Source: Acetobacteraceae bacterium (GTDB lineage Bacteria > Pseudomonadota > Alphaproteobacteria > Acetobacterales > Acetobacteraceae). From it: 64,000 nt of DNA. The stretch spans positions 40,328-104,327 of the forward strand of contig JAVBJV010000006.1 of assembly GCA_031546815.1 (NCBI GenBank). The letters run 5' to 3'. Numbering within the stretch: position 1 is the first letter of the stretch; the number at the start of each line of letters is the position of its first letter. Of this stretch, positions 8,539-18,040 are shown piece by piece. Under the pieces are notes generated by a model. That model was given only the letters and a program-made list of their open reading frames with translations. It did no database searches and had not been told where the DNA came from. The position numbers were made by a program, and so were the translations under genes.

Positions 8539-9294
8539 ATGCAGCGTTTAGCTCTGATTACTGGCGCCTCCGCAGGTTTTGGCGCCGCGATTGCACACCG
8601 CTTCATCCGCGACGGCTATCGCGTCATCGCAACGGCGCGCCGCGCCGATCGGCTGGCGCAGTTACGGAAAGATTACGGCGAAGCATTGTTGCCCGTGACG
8701 CTGGATGTCACTGACAGCCAGGCTGTTGCAGCCCTGCCCGCGGCCCTGCCCGAAGGCTGGCGCGAGGTAGATATCCTGGTGAACAACGCAGGGCTGGCAC
8801 TGGGGATGGACCCGGCGCACGCCGCGTCACTGGACGACTGGGACAAGATGGTTGCCACCAACATCACCGGCTTGATTCACACCACCCGCGCCTTTCTGCC
8901 CGGCATGGTGGAGCGCAATCAGGGCCACGTCGTCAATCTGGGCAGCACGGCCGGGTCTTACCCGTATCCGGGGGGGCACGTGTATGGCGCCAGCAAGGCC
9001 TTCGTAAAACAGTTCTCGCTCAACCTGCGCGCTGACCTGATTGGCAGCAATGTGCGCGTCACCGACATCGAACCGGGCATGGTCGGCGGCACCGAATTCA
9101 GCGTCGTGCGCTTCCACGGCGACAAGGACCGCGCACACAGCGTTTACGACGATGTAATCCCGCTCAATGCGGATGACATCGCCGAGGCCGTATCATGGGT
9201 CGTCGGCCTGCCTGCGCATATGAACATCAATCGCCTCGAAATGATGCCGACCTGCCAGGCCAGTGGCCCTCTGGCAGTGAAGCGTCTGCTTTAA
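8539..9294 (+). CDS. SDR-family NADP-dependent oxidoreductase (YdfG-like 3-hydroxy acid dehydrogenase)
   Basis: MQRLALITGASAGFGAAIA (TGxxxGxG), NNAG, and the S...YxxSK catalytic pattern (YGASKAF). The internal ATG at 8539 fits family length. Confidence 0.9.
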   Translation: MQRLALITGASAGFGAAIAHRFIRDGYRVIATARRADRLAQLRKDYGEALLPVTLDVTDSQAVAALPAALPEGWREVDILVNNAGLALGMDPAHAASLDDWDKMVATNITGLIHTTRAFLPGMVERNQGHVVNLGSTAGSYPYPGGHVYGASKAFVKQFSLNLRADLIGSNVRVTDIEPGMVGGTEFSVVRFHGDKDRAHSVYDDVIPLNADDIAEAVSWVVGLPAHMNINRLEMMPTCQASGPLAVKRLL

Positions 9295-9308
9295 GAAGAA
9301 AGTTCGTT

Positions 9309-10193
9309 ATGAAGAAAGATGTCCTCAAGATCCTGAAACGCTATCGCGTGACGGATGGGAAAAAATTTCGCCTGAAGGACTACGATCCTGCCGATACGGC
9401 TGGCCTCGATTTCAAGAAAAAAGAGGCACAGGAACTGCTTCAGACCGGCGTGAAGCGCCTTGCCGAACTTCAGGACAAGCTCTACGCACAGAACCACTGG
9501 TCGATCCTTGTCGTATTTCAGGCAATGGACGCGGCAGGCAAAGACGGCACCATCAAGCACGTGATGAGTGGTGTGAACCCGCAGGGCGTGTCCGTTGCAT
9601 CGTTCAAGGCACCATCGGCGCACGAGATAAACCACGACTATCTGTGGCGTGTGAACCAGCAACTACCCGAACGCGGCCGCATCGGCATCTTCAATCGCAG
9701 CTATTACGAAGAAGTGCTGGTGACGCGCGTTCACCCCGAGATCCTGAAATCCCAGCCCCTGCCGCAGGAACTGGTCGGCAAGAACGTCTACGACGAACGG
9801 CTGGAAGATATCGCCGCGTACGAACGTTATCTGTCGCGCCAGGGAACTGTGGTGCTGAAGTTCTTCCTGAACGTATCCCAGAAAGAACAGAAGCGGCGCT
9901 TCCTCGAACGGATCGAAGACCCCAGCAAGAACTGGAAGTTCAGCGGCTCCGACATGAAGGAACGCGACCACTGGAAAGAGTATATGGCCGCCTATAACAG
10001 CGCGATCAGCGCCACGGCCAGCAAGCACGCGCCCTGGTACGTCGTGCCCGCCGACAACAAGTGGTTCACGCGCCTTATCGTGGTGGCCGCGATGATCGAG
10101 GCGATGGAAAAGCTGGATCTGCAATATCCGACCGTCTCGGACGAGACCAAGGCCGGTCTGGAAACCGCCCACACGAAGCTGCTGAACGATTAA
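9309..10193 (+). CDS. Polyphosphate kinase 2 (PPK2) family protein
   Basis: FQAMDAAGKDGTIKHV (Walker A-like), DYLWR, IGIFNRSYYEEVL and WYVVPADNKW are PPK2 hallmarks. ATG at 9309. Confidence 0.9.
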   Translation: MKKDVLKILKRYRVTDGKKFRLKDYDPADTAGLDFKKKEAQELLQTGVKRLAELQDKLYAQNHWSILVVFQAMDAAGKDGTIKHVMSGVNPQGVSVASFKAPSAHEINHDYLWRVNQQLPERGRIGIFNRSYYEEVLVTRVHPEILKSQPLPQELVGKNVYDERLEDIAAYERYLSRQGTVVLKFFLNVSQKEQKRRFLERIEDPSKNWKFSGSDMKERDHWKEYMAAYNSAISATASKHAPWYVVPADNKWFTRLIVVAAMIEAMEKLDLQYPTVSDETKAGLETAHTKLLND

Positions 10194-10199
10194 ATCCTG

Positions 10200-11606
10200 C
10201 TATGCGCCGCCCTGTAGTTCAGGGCGGCGCTGGCGGCTTTGGGACAGGGTTTCGATTGCGTGGCCCAGTTGCAGCACGCGCGCATCGTCCCACGCACGCC
10301 CCATGATCTGCACGCCCAGCGGCAGACCCTGCGTCGAATACCCCGCACACACCACCATGGCTGGCACCGCGGCAACATTGGCTGGCATCAGTAACGACGG
10401 CGCGGGGGCAGCATCGGCTTTCTGGTCGGCCAGCAATGGCGCGGAACCGGGTGCCCCCGCACAGATCAGCAGATCGAATTTCTCGAACGCGGCCGTCGTC
10501 TGGCGGATCAGATCGGTGCGCAAGCGCTGGGCCGCAATGTAATCCGCCGCACGCAACAGCCCGCCCCCCATGACGCGGAAGCGGAAGATGCGCGAATAAT
10601 CGGCCGCCCTGGTGCGCAGGTTTTCTTCATGCAGCGCATAGGCCTCGGCGCATAAAATAATCCGCCCCGCACCAAGATAATCGGCAGCAGCCGGAAGTCT
10701 GGCTTCACCCACATGGCAGCCCGCATCGCTCAGGCGCGCGGCAGTCTGCGAGATGACCTGCCGCATCTCGGCATTGGCAGGAATGTCGCGTTCGTGGAAA
10801 TGCCGCACCACACCGATGCGCAGCCCCTTCACCGGGGTGTGCACGACCTTGGCATAATTCACCTTGGGACCCGGCACCGATGCGGGGTCTTCGGGATCCG
10901 CCCCGGCGATGACATCCAGTAAAAGCGCGCAATCTTCCGCCGTCCACGCCATCGGCCCCGCCGTGTCCAGACTGGGGGACAGCGGGATCATCCCGCGACG
11001 CGAGACAAGCCCCGGCGTCGGCTTCAACCCTGCCACGCCGCAGAACGCCGCAGGCCCACGGATCGATCCGCCCGTATCCGTGCCCAGACTGCCCAGCGCC
11101 AGACCGGCCGCAATCGCAGCACCAGAACCGGACGACGACCCGCCCGTGAAGCGTTCACGGTCCCACGGATTGCGCGCTGGCGGCCAGGGAAGGTCGAACG
11201 CGGGGCCGCCCATCGCAAATTCATGCGTGGCAAGCTTGCCCAGCATCACCGCTCCGGCCTCGGCCAGCTTGCGCACAGCGGTTGCGTCCTGCGTCGGGAT
11301 ATTGTCCTCGAGCAGACGCGAATGTGCGGTCGTGCGCACGCCGGCTGTGTCGTAGATATCCTTGTAGGCCAGCGGAATACCGAACAGCACCCCGCGCTTC
11401 TCGCCGGATGCCAGCACTTTCTCGGCCGCGCGGGCAGCGGCCTGTGCCTGACGCCCCGTCACCGTCAGGAATGCATCGATCTGCGGGTTGATTGCCTCGA
11501 TCCGCTTCAACAGCATCCGGGTGAGGTCCACCGGCGACAGCGCGCGCGATGCAATCAACTTCGCGGCCTGTGCAATGGTCAGAAAGGGGGGCACAGTTTT
11601 CTTCAT
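10200..11606 (-). CDS. Amidase-signature family amidase (GatA/AtzE-like)
   Basis: 468 aa. Amidase signature GGSSSGSGAAIAAG...GTDTGGSIRGPA. ATG at 11606. Confidence 0.9.
   Translation of the reverse strand: MKKTVPPFLTIAQAAKLIASRALSPVDLTRMLLKRIEAINPQIDAFLTVTGRQAQAAARAAEKVLASGEKRGVLFGIPLAYKDIYDTAGVRTTAHSRLLEDNIPTQDATAVRKLAEAGAVMLGKLATHEFAMGGPAFDLPWPPARNPWDRERFTGGSSSGSGAAIAAGLALGSLGTDTGGSIRGPAAFCGVAGLKPTPGLVSRRGMIPLSPSLDTAGPMAWTAEDCALLLDVIAGADPEDPASVPGPKVNYAKVVHTPVKGLRIGVVRHFHERDIPANAEMRQVISQTAARLSDAGCHVGEARLPAAADYLGAGRIILCAEAYALHEENLRTRAADYSRIFRFRVMGGGLLRAADYIAAQRLRTDLIRQTTAAFEKFDLLICAGAPGSAPLLADQKADAAPAPSLLMPANVAAVPAMVVCAGYSTQGLPLGVQIMGRAWDDARVLQLGHAIETLSQSRQRRPELQGGA
10204..10230. terminator. 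Perfect 11-bp GC-rich hairpin at the convergent PPK2/amidase junction
   Basis: GCGCCGCCCTG-tagtt-CAGGGCGGCGC. It lies 11 nt after the PPK2 stop and inside the last codons of the amidase. There is no clear T-tract. Confidence 0.35.
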
Positions 11607-11908
11607 GATTTGCGCCCCTTCCGAACCGGAGGCTGCTTATCGGGTGGCGGCAATAAAAACCGGTGCGCGAAGTCGTCCACCAGAGGACGCCCGCGTGGCA
11701 CTGCCTCGACCAGTTCGATGAAGTGCCCCCAGGCCAGCGCCAGATCAGCCTGTTGACCGGGGTTGAGAACAAGTCCCGCTCGCCGCACGTCCTCGGCAAT
11801 CTCGGCTGGCGTGACCGGAGCGATTGAATGGCGTCTGGTATCGGGAATGATGCGTCTCCCCGTTGCAACTGGAACGGCGATTCTATCGCCCCCGCCGCTA
11901 ACCGGCAA
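11603..11908 (-). CDS. Small amidase-partner protein (DUF4089/AtzG-/GatC-like); 5' end uncertain
   Basis: Its stop overlaps the amidase ATG (ATGA). The segment ...AEIAEDVRRAGLVLNPGQQADLALAWGHFIELVEAV...DDFAHRF resembles DUF4089 small proteins encoded next to amidases. The track start at 11908 is TTG and there is no ATG in the N-terminal half. Confidence 0.5.
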   Translation of the reverse strand: MPVSGGGDRIAVPVATGRRIIPDTRRHSIAPVTPAEIAEDVRRAGLVLNPGQQADLALAWGHFIELVEAVPRGRPLVDDFAHRFLLPPPDKQPPVRKGRKS

Positions 11909-11919
11909 CGCTTTCCGCT

Positions 11920-11949
11920 AAAAAGCAAACGGGGGCCGAAGCCCCCGTT
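11920..11949 (-). terminator. Rho-independent terminator of ugpC
   Basis: The minus strand reads AACGGGGGC-ttcg-GCCCCCGTT followed by TGCTTTTT, about 22 nt after the ugpC stop. Confidence 0.75.
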
Positions 11950-11971
11950 ATATACAGTCAGGTTATTGCCG

Positions 11972-13066
11972 TTATACGGCAACCCGCATGGAAACCGGCT
12001 CCATCCGCTTGGTGCTCTCGGCGTCGAACACATGCAGATGCATGGCGGAAATCCCCACATGCACCAGCGCACCGGCCACCGGCGCGGCGTCCTGCAGCTT
12101 TACGGTCATCGTCTCGCCATCCGGCAGCTTGCCATGCACCAGCGTTTCCGACCCCAGCGGTTCGACCAGATCGACCATCAACGCCAGACCTTCACCCGCG
12201 TTGCACAGCGTCAGGTGTTCGGGGCGGATGCCGATGGTCAGTGGCAGACCGTCGTCCCCGGCACGCTTGCCGTCGGCGAAGCTGATCTTCGGCCCGACAT
12301 CCAGCGCCACACCCGATCCACCGCCCATCAGCTTGCCCGACAGGAAATTCATCGACGGCGCACCGATAAAGCCCGCCACATATGTGTCGGCCGGGCGCGA
12401 CCAGATTTCCATCGGCGTGGCGATCTGCGCGGGACGGCCCTTGTGCATCACCACCAGACGGTCGCCCAGCGTCATCGCCTCGACTTGATCGTGAGTCACG
12501 AACAGGCTGGTGACGCCCAGGCGCTTTTGCAGGCGGCGGATTTCCGCGCGCATCTGCACACGCAGCTTGGCATCCAGATTGGACAGCGGTTCGTCGAACA
12601 GAAACAGCTTCGGTTCGCGCACCACGGCGCGGCCCATCGCCACGCGCTGGCGCTGCCCACCCGAGAGCTGGCGCGGACGTCGATCCAGCAACGCCCCCAG
12701 TTCCAGCATCTTCGCAGTTTCTTCCACGCGCTTGCGGATCTCGGCCTTCGGTACACCGCGGATCTTCAGGCCGTATGCCATGTTATCGAACACGGTCATG
12801 TGCGGGTACAGCGCGTAGTTCTGAAACACCATCGCGATATCGCGCTCGGACGCATCCTTGTACGTCACGTCCTGCCCGTCGATCTTCAGCACGCCGCTGG
12901 TCGAGGTTTCCAGTCCGGCCACAATGCGCAGCAGGGTGGATTTCCCACAGCCCGACGCACCGACGATGACGACCATTTCGCCGTCGTTCAGCGACAGGTC
13001 GATCCCGTGCAGCACCTGCACATCGCCGAAGGATTTACGAATGTCTTCGAGAACCAGAGTCGCCAT
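11972..13066 (-). CDS. ugpC: sn-glycerol-3-phosphate/sugar ABC transporter ATP-binding protein
   Basis: 364 aa. Walker A GASGCGKST, signature LSGGQRQRVAMGRA, Walker B LFLFDEPLS, and a MalK/UgpC-type C-terminal regulatory domain. Confidence 0.9.
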   Translation of the reverse strand: MATLVLEDIRKSFGDVQVLHGIDLSLNDGEMVVIVGASGCGKSTLLRIVAGLETSTSGVLKIDGQDVTYKDASERDIAMVFQNYALYPHMTVFDNMAYGLKIRGVPKAEIRKRVEETAKMLELGALLDRRPRQLSGGQRQRVAMGRAVVREPKLFLFDEPLSNLDAKLRVQMRAEIRRLQKRLGVTSLFVTHDQVEAMTLGDRLVVMHKGRPAQIATPMEIWSRPADTYVAGFIGAPSMNFLSGKLMGGGSGVALDVGPKISFADGKRAGDDGLPLTIGIRPEHLTLCNAGEGLALMVDLVEPLGSETLVHGKLPDGETMTVKLQDAAPVAGALVHVGISAMHLHVFDAESTKRMEPVSMRVAV

Positions 13067-13068
13067 AA

Positions 13069-13908
13069 TTACTTTTCGCCTTCCGTCAGGCCTTTAACAA
13101 ACCAGCGCTGCATCAGCACCACCACGGCCACGGGCGGCACCAGGGCCAGCACGGTGGTCGCCATCACGCGGTTCCATTCGGTATGAGATTCGCTGCCGAT
13201 CATCTTCACGATGCCGATCACCACCGTATCCAGATCCGGGTCCGACGCGACAAGCAGCGGCCACAGATACTGGTTCCAGCCATACACGAACAGAATAACC
13301 GAAAGCGCCGCGATATTCGCACGCGACACCGGGATTAGAATATCCTTCAGGAACCGCAGTGGCCCCGCGCCATCGATGCGCGCGGCCTCCACCAGTTCAT
13401 CCGGAATGGTCAGGAACACCTGCCGGAACAACAGCGTCGCCGTGGCAGACGCGATCAGCGGCAGGGTCAGCCCGGTCATCGAATTGATCAGGCCAAGCTG
13501 TGTCATCACTTCATAGGTCGGCATGATGCGCACTTCAACCGGCAGCATCAGCGTGATGAAGATCATCCAGAAGCAGATCATCCGGCCGGGGAACTTGAAG
13601 AACGCAATCGCAAACGCCGACAGCAGCGAGATGGTGATCTTGCCCACCATGATCAGCGTTGCCATCAGGAACGAGTTCCACAACATCTTCCAGACCGGCG
13701 TCGATCCTTCACGCCCCAGCCCTTCGTTCCAGACCAGCGCATAGTTCGACAGATCCGCCCGCGGGATCAGCGGTACCTCGCCACGCCCGACCGTCGCGGC
13801 ATCGTAGGTCGAGCCAGACAGCACGATCCACACCGGCAACACGAACAGGATCACGCCCAGAATCAGCGTCAGATGCGTGACCCAGTCGATCTTGTTGGAA
13901 GCGCGCAT
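13069..13908 (-). CDS. ugpE: ABC transporter permease (UgpE-like)
   Basis: The internal ATG at 13908 ([13 protein letters not shown]...) overlaps the ugpA stop by 1 nt. MalG/UgpE-type permease with an EAA loop (EAARIDGAGPLRF). Confidence 0.85.
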   Translation of the reverse strand: MRASNKIDWVTHLTLILGVILFVLPVWIVLSGSTYDAATVGRGEVPLIPRADLSNYALVWNEGLGREGSTPVWKMLWNSFLMATLIMVGKITISLLSAFAIAFFKFPGRMICFWMIFITLMLPVEVRIMPTYEVMTQLGLINSMTGLTLPLIASATATLLFRQVFLTIPDELVEAARIDGAGPLRFLKDILIPVSRANIAALSVILFVYGWNQYLWPLLVASDPDLDTVVIGIVKMIGSESHTEWNRVMATTVLALVPPVAVVVLMQRWFVKGLTEGEK

Positions 13909-14786
13909 CAGTAATGCACCTTGCGTTCGACAAAGCGGAACTGCACCGCCGTCAGCATGATAACGATGACCATCAATATCACCGACTGCGCGGTGGACGA
14001 CCCCAGGTTCAGGTTCTCGATCCCGTCCACGTAAACCTTGTAGATCAGGGTTTCCGTGGCTTTCCCCGGGCCGCCACGCGTCAGCGCATGGATGGTCCCG
14101 AAGGTGTCGAAACACGCATAGACCAGGTTGACGATCATCAGGAAGAACGTGGTCGGCGACAGCAGCGGGAACACGATGGTCCAGAACCGGCGCACGGCCG
14201 TCGCACCGTCGATCTGCGCTGCTTCCAGCACGGCGCGCGGGATCGACTGCAGGCCCGCCAGGAAGAAGATGAAGTTATACGCAACCTGTTTCCACGCGCT
14301 GGCGGCGATCACCACCGTCATCGCCTGTGCGTCGTTCAGCTTGTAATCCCACGGCACGCCGATGCCGTTCAGCCAGCGCCCGAACAGGCCGATCTGCGGA
14401 TGGAACAGAAACACCCACAACACCGCAGCCACAGCGGGCGCGATGGCATAGGGCCAGATCAGCAGGGTGCGATAAATGCCGCGTCCACGAATTTCGCGAT
14501 CCGCCATCACCGCCAGAAACAGCGCCAGCGACATGGCCAGAACGGTCACGCCAATGGCGAACACCGCCGTGTTGGCGATCGAGGCCCGATACAGCGGATC
14601 GGAGAACAGATCGGTGAAATTTTCGAACCAGACAAATTCGCTGCGGATACCGAACGCATCCTGGCGGAACAGGCTGGCTTTCACGGCCTGCGCGGCAGGC
14701 CAGAGGAAAAAGATAGCGGTCACCGCCAGCTGCGGAGCCAGCAGCAGATACGGCAGAAACCGGTTGGAAAAGATCGTGCGGCGCAT
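13908..14786 (-). CDS. ugpA: ABC transporter permease (UgpA-like)
   Basis: 292 aa. MalF/UgpA-type permease with an EAA loop ([15 protein letters not shown]). Confidence 0.85.
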   Translation of the reverse strand: MRRTIFSNRFLPYLLLAPQLAVTAIFFLWPAAQAVKASLFRQDAFGIRSEFVWFENFTDLFSDPLYRASIANTAVFAIGVTVLAMSLALFLAVMADREIRGRGIYRTLLIWPYAIAPAVAAVLWVFLFHPQIGLFGRWLNGIGVPWDYKLNDAQAMTVVIAASAWKQVAYNFIFFLAGLQSIPRAVLEAAQIDGATAVRRFWTIVFPLLSPTTFFLMIVNLVYACFDTFGTIHALTRGGPGKATETLIYKVYVDGIENLNLGSSTAQSVILMVIVIMLTAVQFRFVERKVHY

Positions 14787-14810
14787 GATGGGAACGTTCG
14801 TAACGTCAAC

Positions 14811-14835
14811 GCCCGGCCCCGTGAAGGGCCGGGCG
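14811..14835 (-). promoter_or_regulatory. Intercistronic GC-rich stem-loop in the ugpB-ugpA spacer
   Basis: GCCCGGCCCC-gtgaa-GGGCCGGGC (10-bp stem) within the 105-nt spacer. A second small hairpin lies near 14866-14887. Such spacers in binding-protein-first ABC operons often stabilise the upstream mRNA segment. Confidence 0.4.
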
Positions 14836-14891
14836 CTGCAAAAGCGCGTTTTTTTTCGGATTATCCCAAACGAAAGTTCGTTTCGGACGTT

Positions 14892-16232
14892 TTAGCCGCG
14901 GTTGCTGCGTTCGAATTCGCGCAGAACGCGGTTCCCACGCTGCACTGCAGTATCGAGCGCGACCTGCGGTGTCTGGTTGCCCTGCAACGCCTTTTCCATT
15001 TCTTCCTGGATGATGTTGCGGATTTCCACGAACCGGCCAAGGCGGAAACCACGGCTGTTCGCCGTCATCTGGCCACGGGTCAGCTGGCGGATCGGCAGGT
15101 CGGCGCCGGGGTTCTTTTCGTAATAGCCCTGGCGGCGGCTTTCTTCGTAGCCACCGGTGGTCAGCGGCAGGTAGCCGGTGCGCTGATGCCATGTCGCATC
15201 GTTTTCCGGCTGGCTGATGAAGCGGAAGAATTCAACCACGGCCTTGTATTCTTCGGGCTTGCGGTTGGGCGCCGTCATCGTCCACAGGCTGGCCCCGCCG
15301 ATCACCGAATTGATCGGCGACTGCGTGACATCGGTGTCGTACGGCAGCACCGCACAGCCCCACTTGAAGCGAGCTTCACGCGACACGCGCGCCCGATACC
15401 CGGACGACGTCATCAGGATTGCGGCTTCACCCGGCACGAACAGCGCTTCGCCCGCATTGTCGCGGCCGCCGTAACGATACGTGCCTTCCTTGCTCATATC
15501 GACAATGCGCTGCAGGTGCCGCACATGCGCCGGGCTGTTGATCTTCAGTTCGGTGTCCAGACCTTCGAACCCGTTCGACTTGGTGGCGAAAGGCAGGTTG
15601 TGGATGGCGCTGAACTGTTCGAAATGCACCCAGGTCGGCCAGGCATTGCTGAACGGAATCGGCGCGGCGTTCTTTTCCTTCAGCGTACGGGCGGCGACCA
15701 CCAGTTCCTGCCAGGTGGTCGGGAATTTTTCGGGGTCCAGGCCTGCCTTCTCGAACGCGTCCTTGTTGTACCACACCACGGTGGTGGACGAATTGAACGG
15801 CATCGAGGCCAGCTTGCCATCGGCCAGGCTGTAATAGCCACGCACTCCGGCCAGATACTGGTCGGTGTCCAGCGGCACGCCGGCATCCTGGAACAGCTGC
15901 CAGACCTGCTTCACGGCGGGGCCAGCGGCCAGCATCGAACCTGTGCCAACTTCATACATCTGCACGATGTGCGGCGCCTGCCCGGCGCGCCATGCGGCAA
16001 TCGCGGCCGCCAGCGTTTCCGGGTAGCTGCCCTTGAACACAGGGTTCACGCGATACTGGGTCTGGCTTTCGTTGAATTTCTGACAGACACGCTCGACTTC
16101 TCCGCCCAGCGGATTGGCAAGGCCATGCCAGAACGTGACTTCAGTAACGCCTGCCTGTGCACGCGCTGGCACAGTCATGAGCGGGGCAGCACCCAGTGTT
16201 GCGGCACCTGCCAGCAATGAACGACGATGCAT
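14892..16232 (-). CDS. ugpB: ABC transporter periplasmic substrate-binding protein (UgpB-like)
   Basis: Family 1 extracellular solute-binding protein. Tat-like leader MHRRSLLAGAATLGAAPLMTVPARAQA. ATGs at 16241 and 16232; GGGAGA lies 9 nt upstream of 16232. Confidence 0.85.
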   Translation of the reverse strand: MHRRSLLAGAATLGAAPLMTVPARAQAGVTEVTFWHGLANPLGGEVERVCQKFNESQTQYRVNPVFKGSYPETLAAAIAAWRAGQAPHIVQMYEVGTGSMLAAGPAVKQVWQLFQDAGVPLDTDQYLAGVRGYYSLADGKLASMPFNSSTTVVWYNKDAFEKAGLDPEKFPTTWQELVVAARTLKEKNAAPIPFSNAWPTWVHFEQFSAIHNLPFATKSNGFEGLDTELKINSPAHVRHLQRIVDMSKEGTYRYGGRDNAGEALFVPGEAAILMTSSGYRARVSREARFKWGCAVLPYDTDVTQSPINSVIGGASLWTMTAPNRKPEEYKAVVEFFRFISQPENDATWHQRTGYLPLTTGGYEESRRQGYYEKNPGADLPIRQLTRGQMTANSRGFRLGRFVEIRNIIQEEMEKALQGNQTPQVALDTAVQRGNRVLREFERSNRG

Positions 16233-16417
16233 GGCAATCATTCTCCCTGTGATTGGTCGGCGGAAAGCCCGAGCCGGTTTCATGGCGCGGATTTATGGCA
16301 TAATCATGCCGAAAGCCTATCCGCAAGAGACGAAACCGCAAACGGTTATTTGTCTTGCCGGAAACGGCAGGCTAGAACGCGGCGGTTGACCTCAAACCCG
16401 GACGGGATTGCCCACCC

Positions 16418-16933
16418 ATGGACCTGAAGAATCATATCCGCAGCGTTCCGGATTTTCCGAAGCCCGGCATCCTGTTTTACGACATCAGCACCCTGCTGAG
16501 CCACCCCGATGCCTGGCAGGTCGCCATGGGGCGGATGACCCGCGCCATCAGCGCGCATCAGCCGGACCTGATCGCGGGTGTTGAAAGTCGCGGCTTTCTG
16601 GTCGCCGCGCCACTGGCACTGAAGCTGGGTTGCGGGTTCATCATGCTGCGTAAGCGCGGCAAGCTGCCGGGTGCCACGATCGGGCTGGACTACGACCTGG
16701 AATACGGCACCGACCGGATCGAGATCCAGGAAGAAGCCGTAAAACCTGGCCAGCGCGTGGTGGTGGTGGACGATCTGCTGGCCACCGGCGGCACCATGGC
16801 GGCGGGCATTCGCCTGCTGCAGAAGGTCGGCGCCGATGTAGTGGCCGCCGGCGTGATGATCGAGCTGGCATTCCTGAACGGCCGCAAGAAGATCGACGTG
16901 CCGCTGGAAGCGCTGATCAGCTACAACCAGTAA
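16418..16933 (+). CDS. apt: Adenine phosphoribosyltransferase
   Basis: 171 aa. [17 protein letters not shown]-binding motif [13 protein letters not shown]. Confidence 0.95.
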   Translation: MDLKNHIRSVPDFPKPGILFYDISTLLSHPDAWQVAMGRMTRAISAHQPDLIAGVESRGFLVAAPLALKLGCGFIMLRKRGKLPGATIGLDYDLEYGTDRIEIQEEAVKPGQRVVVVDDLLATGGTMAAGIRLLQKVGADVVAAGVMIELAFLNGRKKIDVPLEALISYNQ

Positions 16934-16942
16934 GGTTTTCCC

Positions 16943-17323
16943 ATGAGGGAAGTCACCGTTGCTGAGGAATGCCCCACGCTGGGGCACTGCTTCCATCTGA
17001 GCGATGACCGTGTGCTGGTCGTCAGCTTTTCCGGTTGCTACCGGGATGGTTGCGACCATACCGATGCGGCATATCTGCGCTGCATGATCAACCTTGGCGG
17101 CGATTTGTGGCTGCACAAAGCTCTGGTGATCGATCTGTCCGAGCTGGATTACACCGGCGGCAATATGATTGAATCGGCGCTTTCCCCCTTTGGTATCTAT
17201 GCGATCGTGCGCCCGAAATACGGCGCCCATCTGGACAGTCTGCTGGAGGGGGATGACTACCCGCTGTTCGACGATCTGGACGCCGCACTTGCGTATGTCC
17301 GGGCGGAAGTGCAGCGCCAGTAG
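16943..17323 (+). CDS. Hypothetical small acidic Cys-rich protein (weak STAS-like features)
   Basis: 126 aa. The ATG lies 10 nt after the apt stop. The N-terminal part has 5 Cys (ECPTLGHC, GCYRDGCDH...). The segment ALVIDLSELDYTGGNMIES...LFDDLDAALAYV weakly recalls STAS/anti-sigma-antagonist folds. No family is confidently recognised. Confidence 0.5.
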   Translation: MREVTVAEECPTLGHCFHLSDDRVLVVSFSGCYRDGCDHTDAAYLRCMINLGGDLWLHKALVIDLSELDYTGGNMIESALSPFGIYAIVRPKYGAHLDSLLEGDDYPLFDDLDAALAYVRAEVQRQ

Positions 17324-17428
17324 GCTGAGATACCCTTCGTCCCGGCGTTGACTGTATTCCATGCCGTCTGGCAGCGTGGCGTCATTGCTACCCCCGCCTG
17401 TCGAAGGACGCCTCCAATCATAGACCGC

Positions 17429-18040
17429 ATGACCAGAAGCACACGAAACCGCATCATCCTGTTGGCGTTGACAGGGATCGGAACAGCAATCGCCGCTCTC
17501 CTGCTGCAGATGGCGCTGGATGCGATTCTACAAACATCCGATCGCGCACAGGCTCTTCTGTTGTGGCTTCTGGTAATTCCCGGACTGCTCTTCGGGGCAA
17601 CGTTTGCCATCATCCTGCGCCTGATGCGCCGGCTGACAACGGGACGCGCAATTCTGTGGGGCATCGTTACTCTGGGTGGATATGTCGTCGCAGCTTCCAT
17701 CGTTCTGTTTACGACAGTCGGAAACTCTCCCCCTCACCAGATCCTGACGGTATTGGCTGGAATATTCGGGCTGGATATCGTGCGCACGCTGTATGCGGGT
17801 CTGGTCGGCGCGGTCGCCGGCCTGATCGGCAGTACTGCACTGGTGCTTGTCTCGCGCCCATGCCTGAAACCGGACAGCCTATGGTTATTGCTGGCAACAG
17901 GCACGCTGCTGGGTGCGCTGTTCGGCATACCGCTCCTGCTGATCAACGAAGATTACCTCCCCCTGTTACTGACCATCCTTCAGGCCATCTGGCAGGGTGG
18001 AGTTGCCGCTGTGCTTGGCTGGCGACTGCGCGGCGCCTAA
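17429..18040 (+). CDS. Hypothetical polytopic membrane protein (paralog A)
   Basis: About 203 aa from the ATG at 17429 (the track start at 17348 is TTG), with about 6 hydrophobic segments. It shares blocks with the convergent ORF 18037-18675 (see findings). Confidence 0.6.
   Translation: MTRSTRNRIILLALTGIGTAIAALLLQMALDAILQTSDRAQALLLWLLVIPGLLFGATFAIILRLMRRLTTGRAILWGIVTLGGYVVAASIVLFTTVGNSPPHQILTVLAGIFGLDIVRTLYAGLVGAVAGLIGSTALVLVSRPCLKPDSLWLLLATGTLLGALFGIPLLLINEDYLPLLLTILQAIWQGGVAAVLGWRLRGA

Noticed and set aside
13914-16220. A 768-aa plus-strand ORF, with similar giant ORFs at 22324-23976 (-), 25385-27484 (+), 36768-38657 (+), 44413-46488 (+), 50722-52164 (+), 52174-53559 (+) and 55116-56699 (+).
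   Set aside because: All lie antisense to genes with unmistakable family signatures (ugpA/ugpB, dacC-like, lutBC, hslUV, the M20 hydrolase, gltB, gltD). Their translations are Arg/Pro/Ala/Gly/His-rich low-complexity strings with no motifs. Long stop-free antisense frames are expected in high-GC DNA.
16233-16417. A Pho box or regulator site in the ugpB/apt divergent spacer (small palindrome GGCAT-AATC-ATGCC near 16295-16308).
   Set aside because: I could not find tandem CTGTCAT-type Pho box repeats. The 5-bp arms are too short to distinguish from chance.
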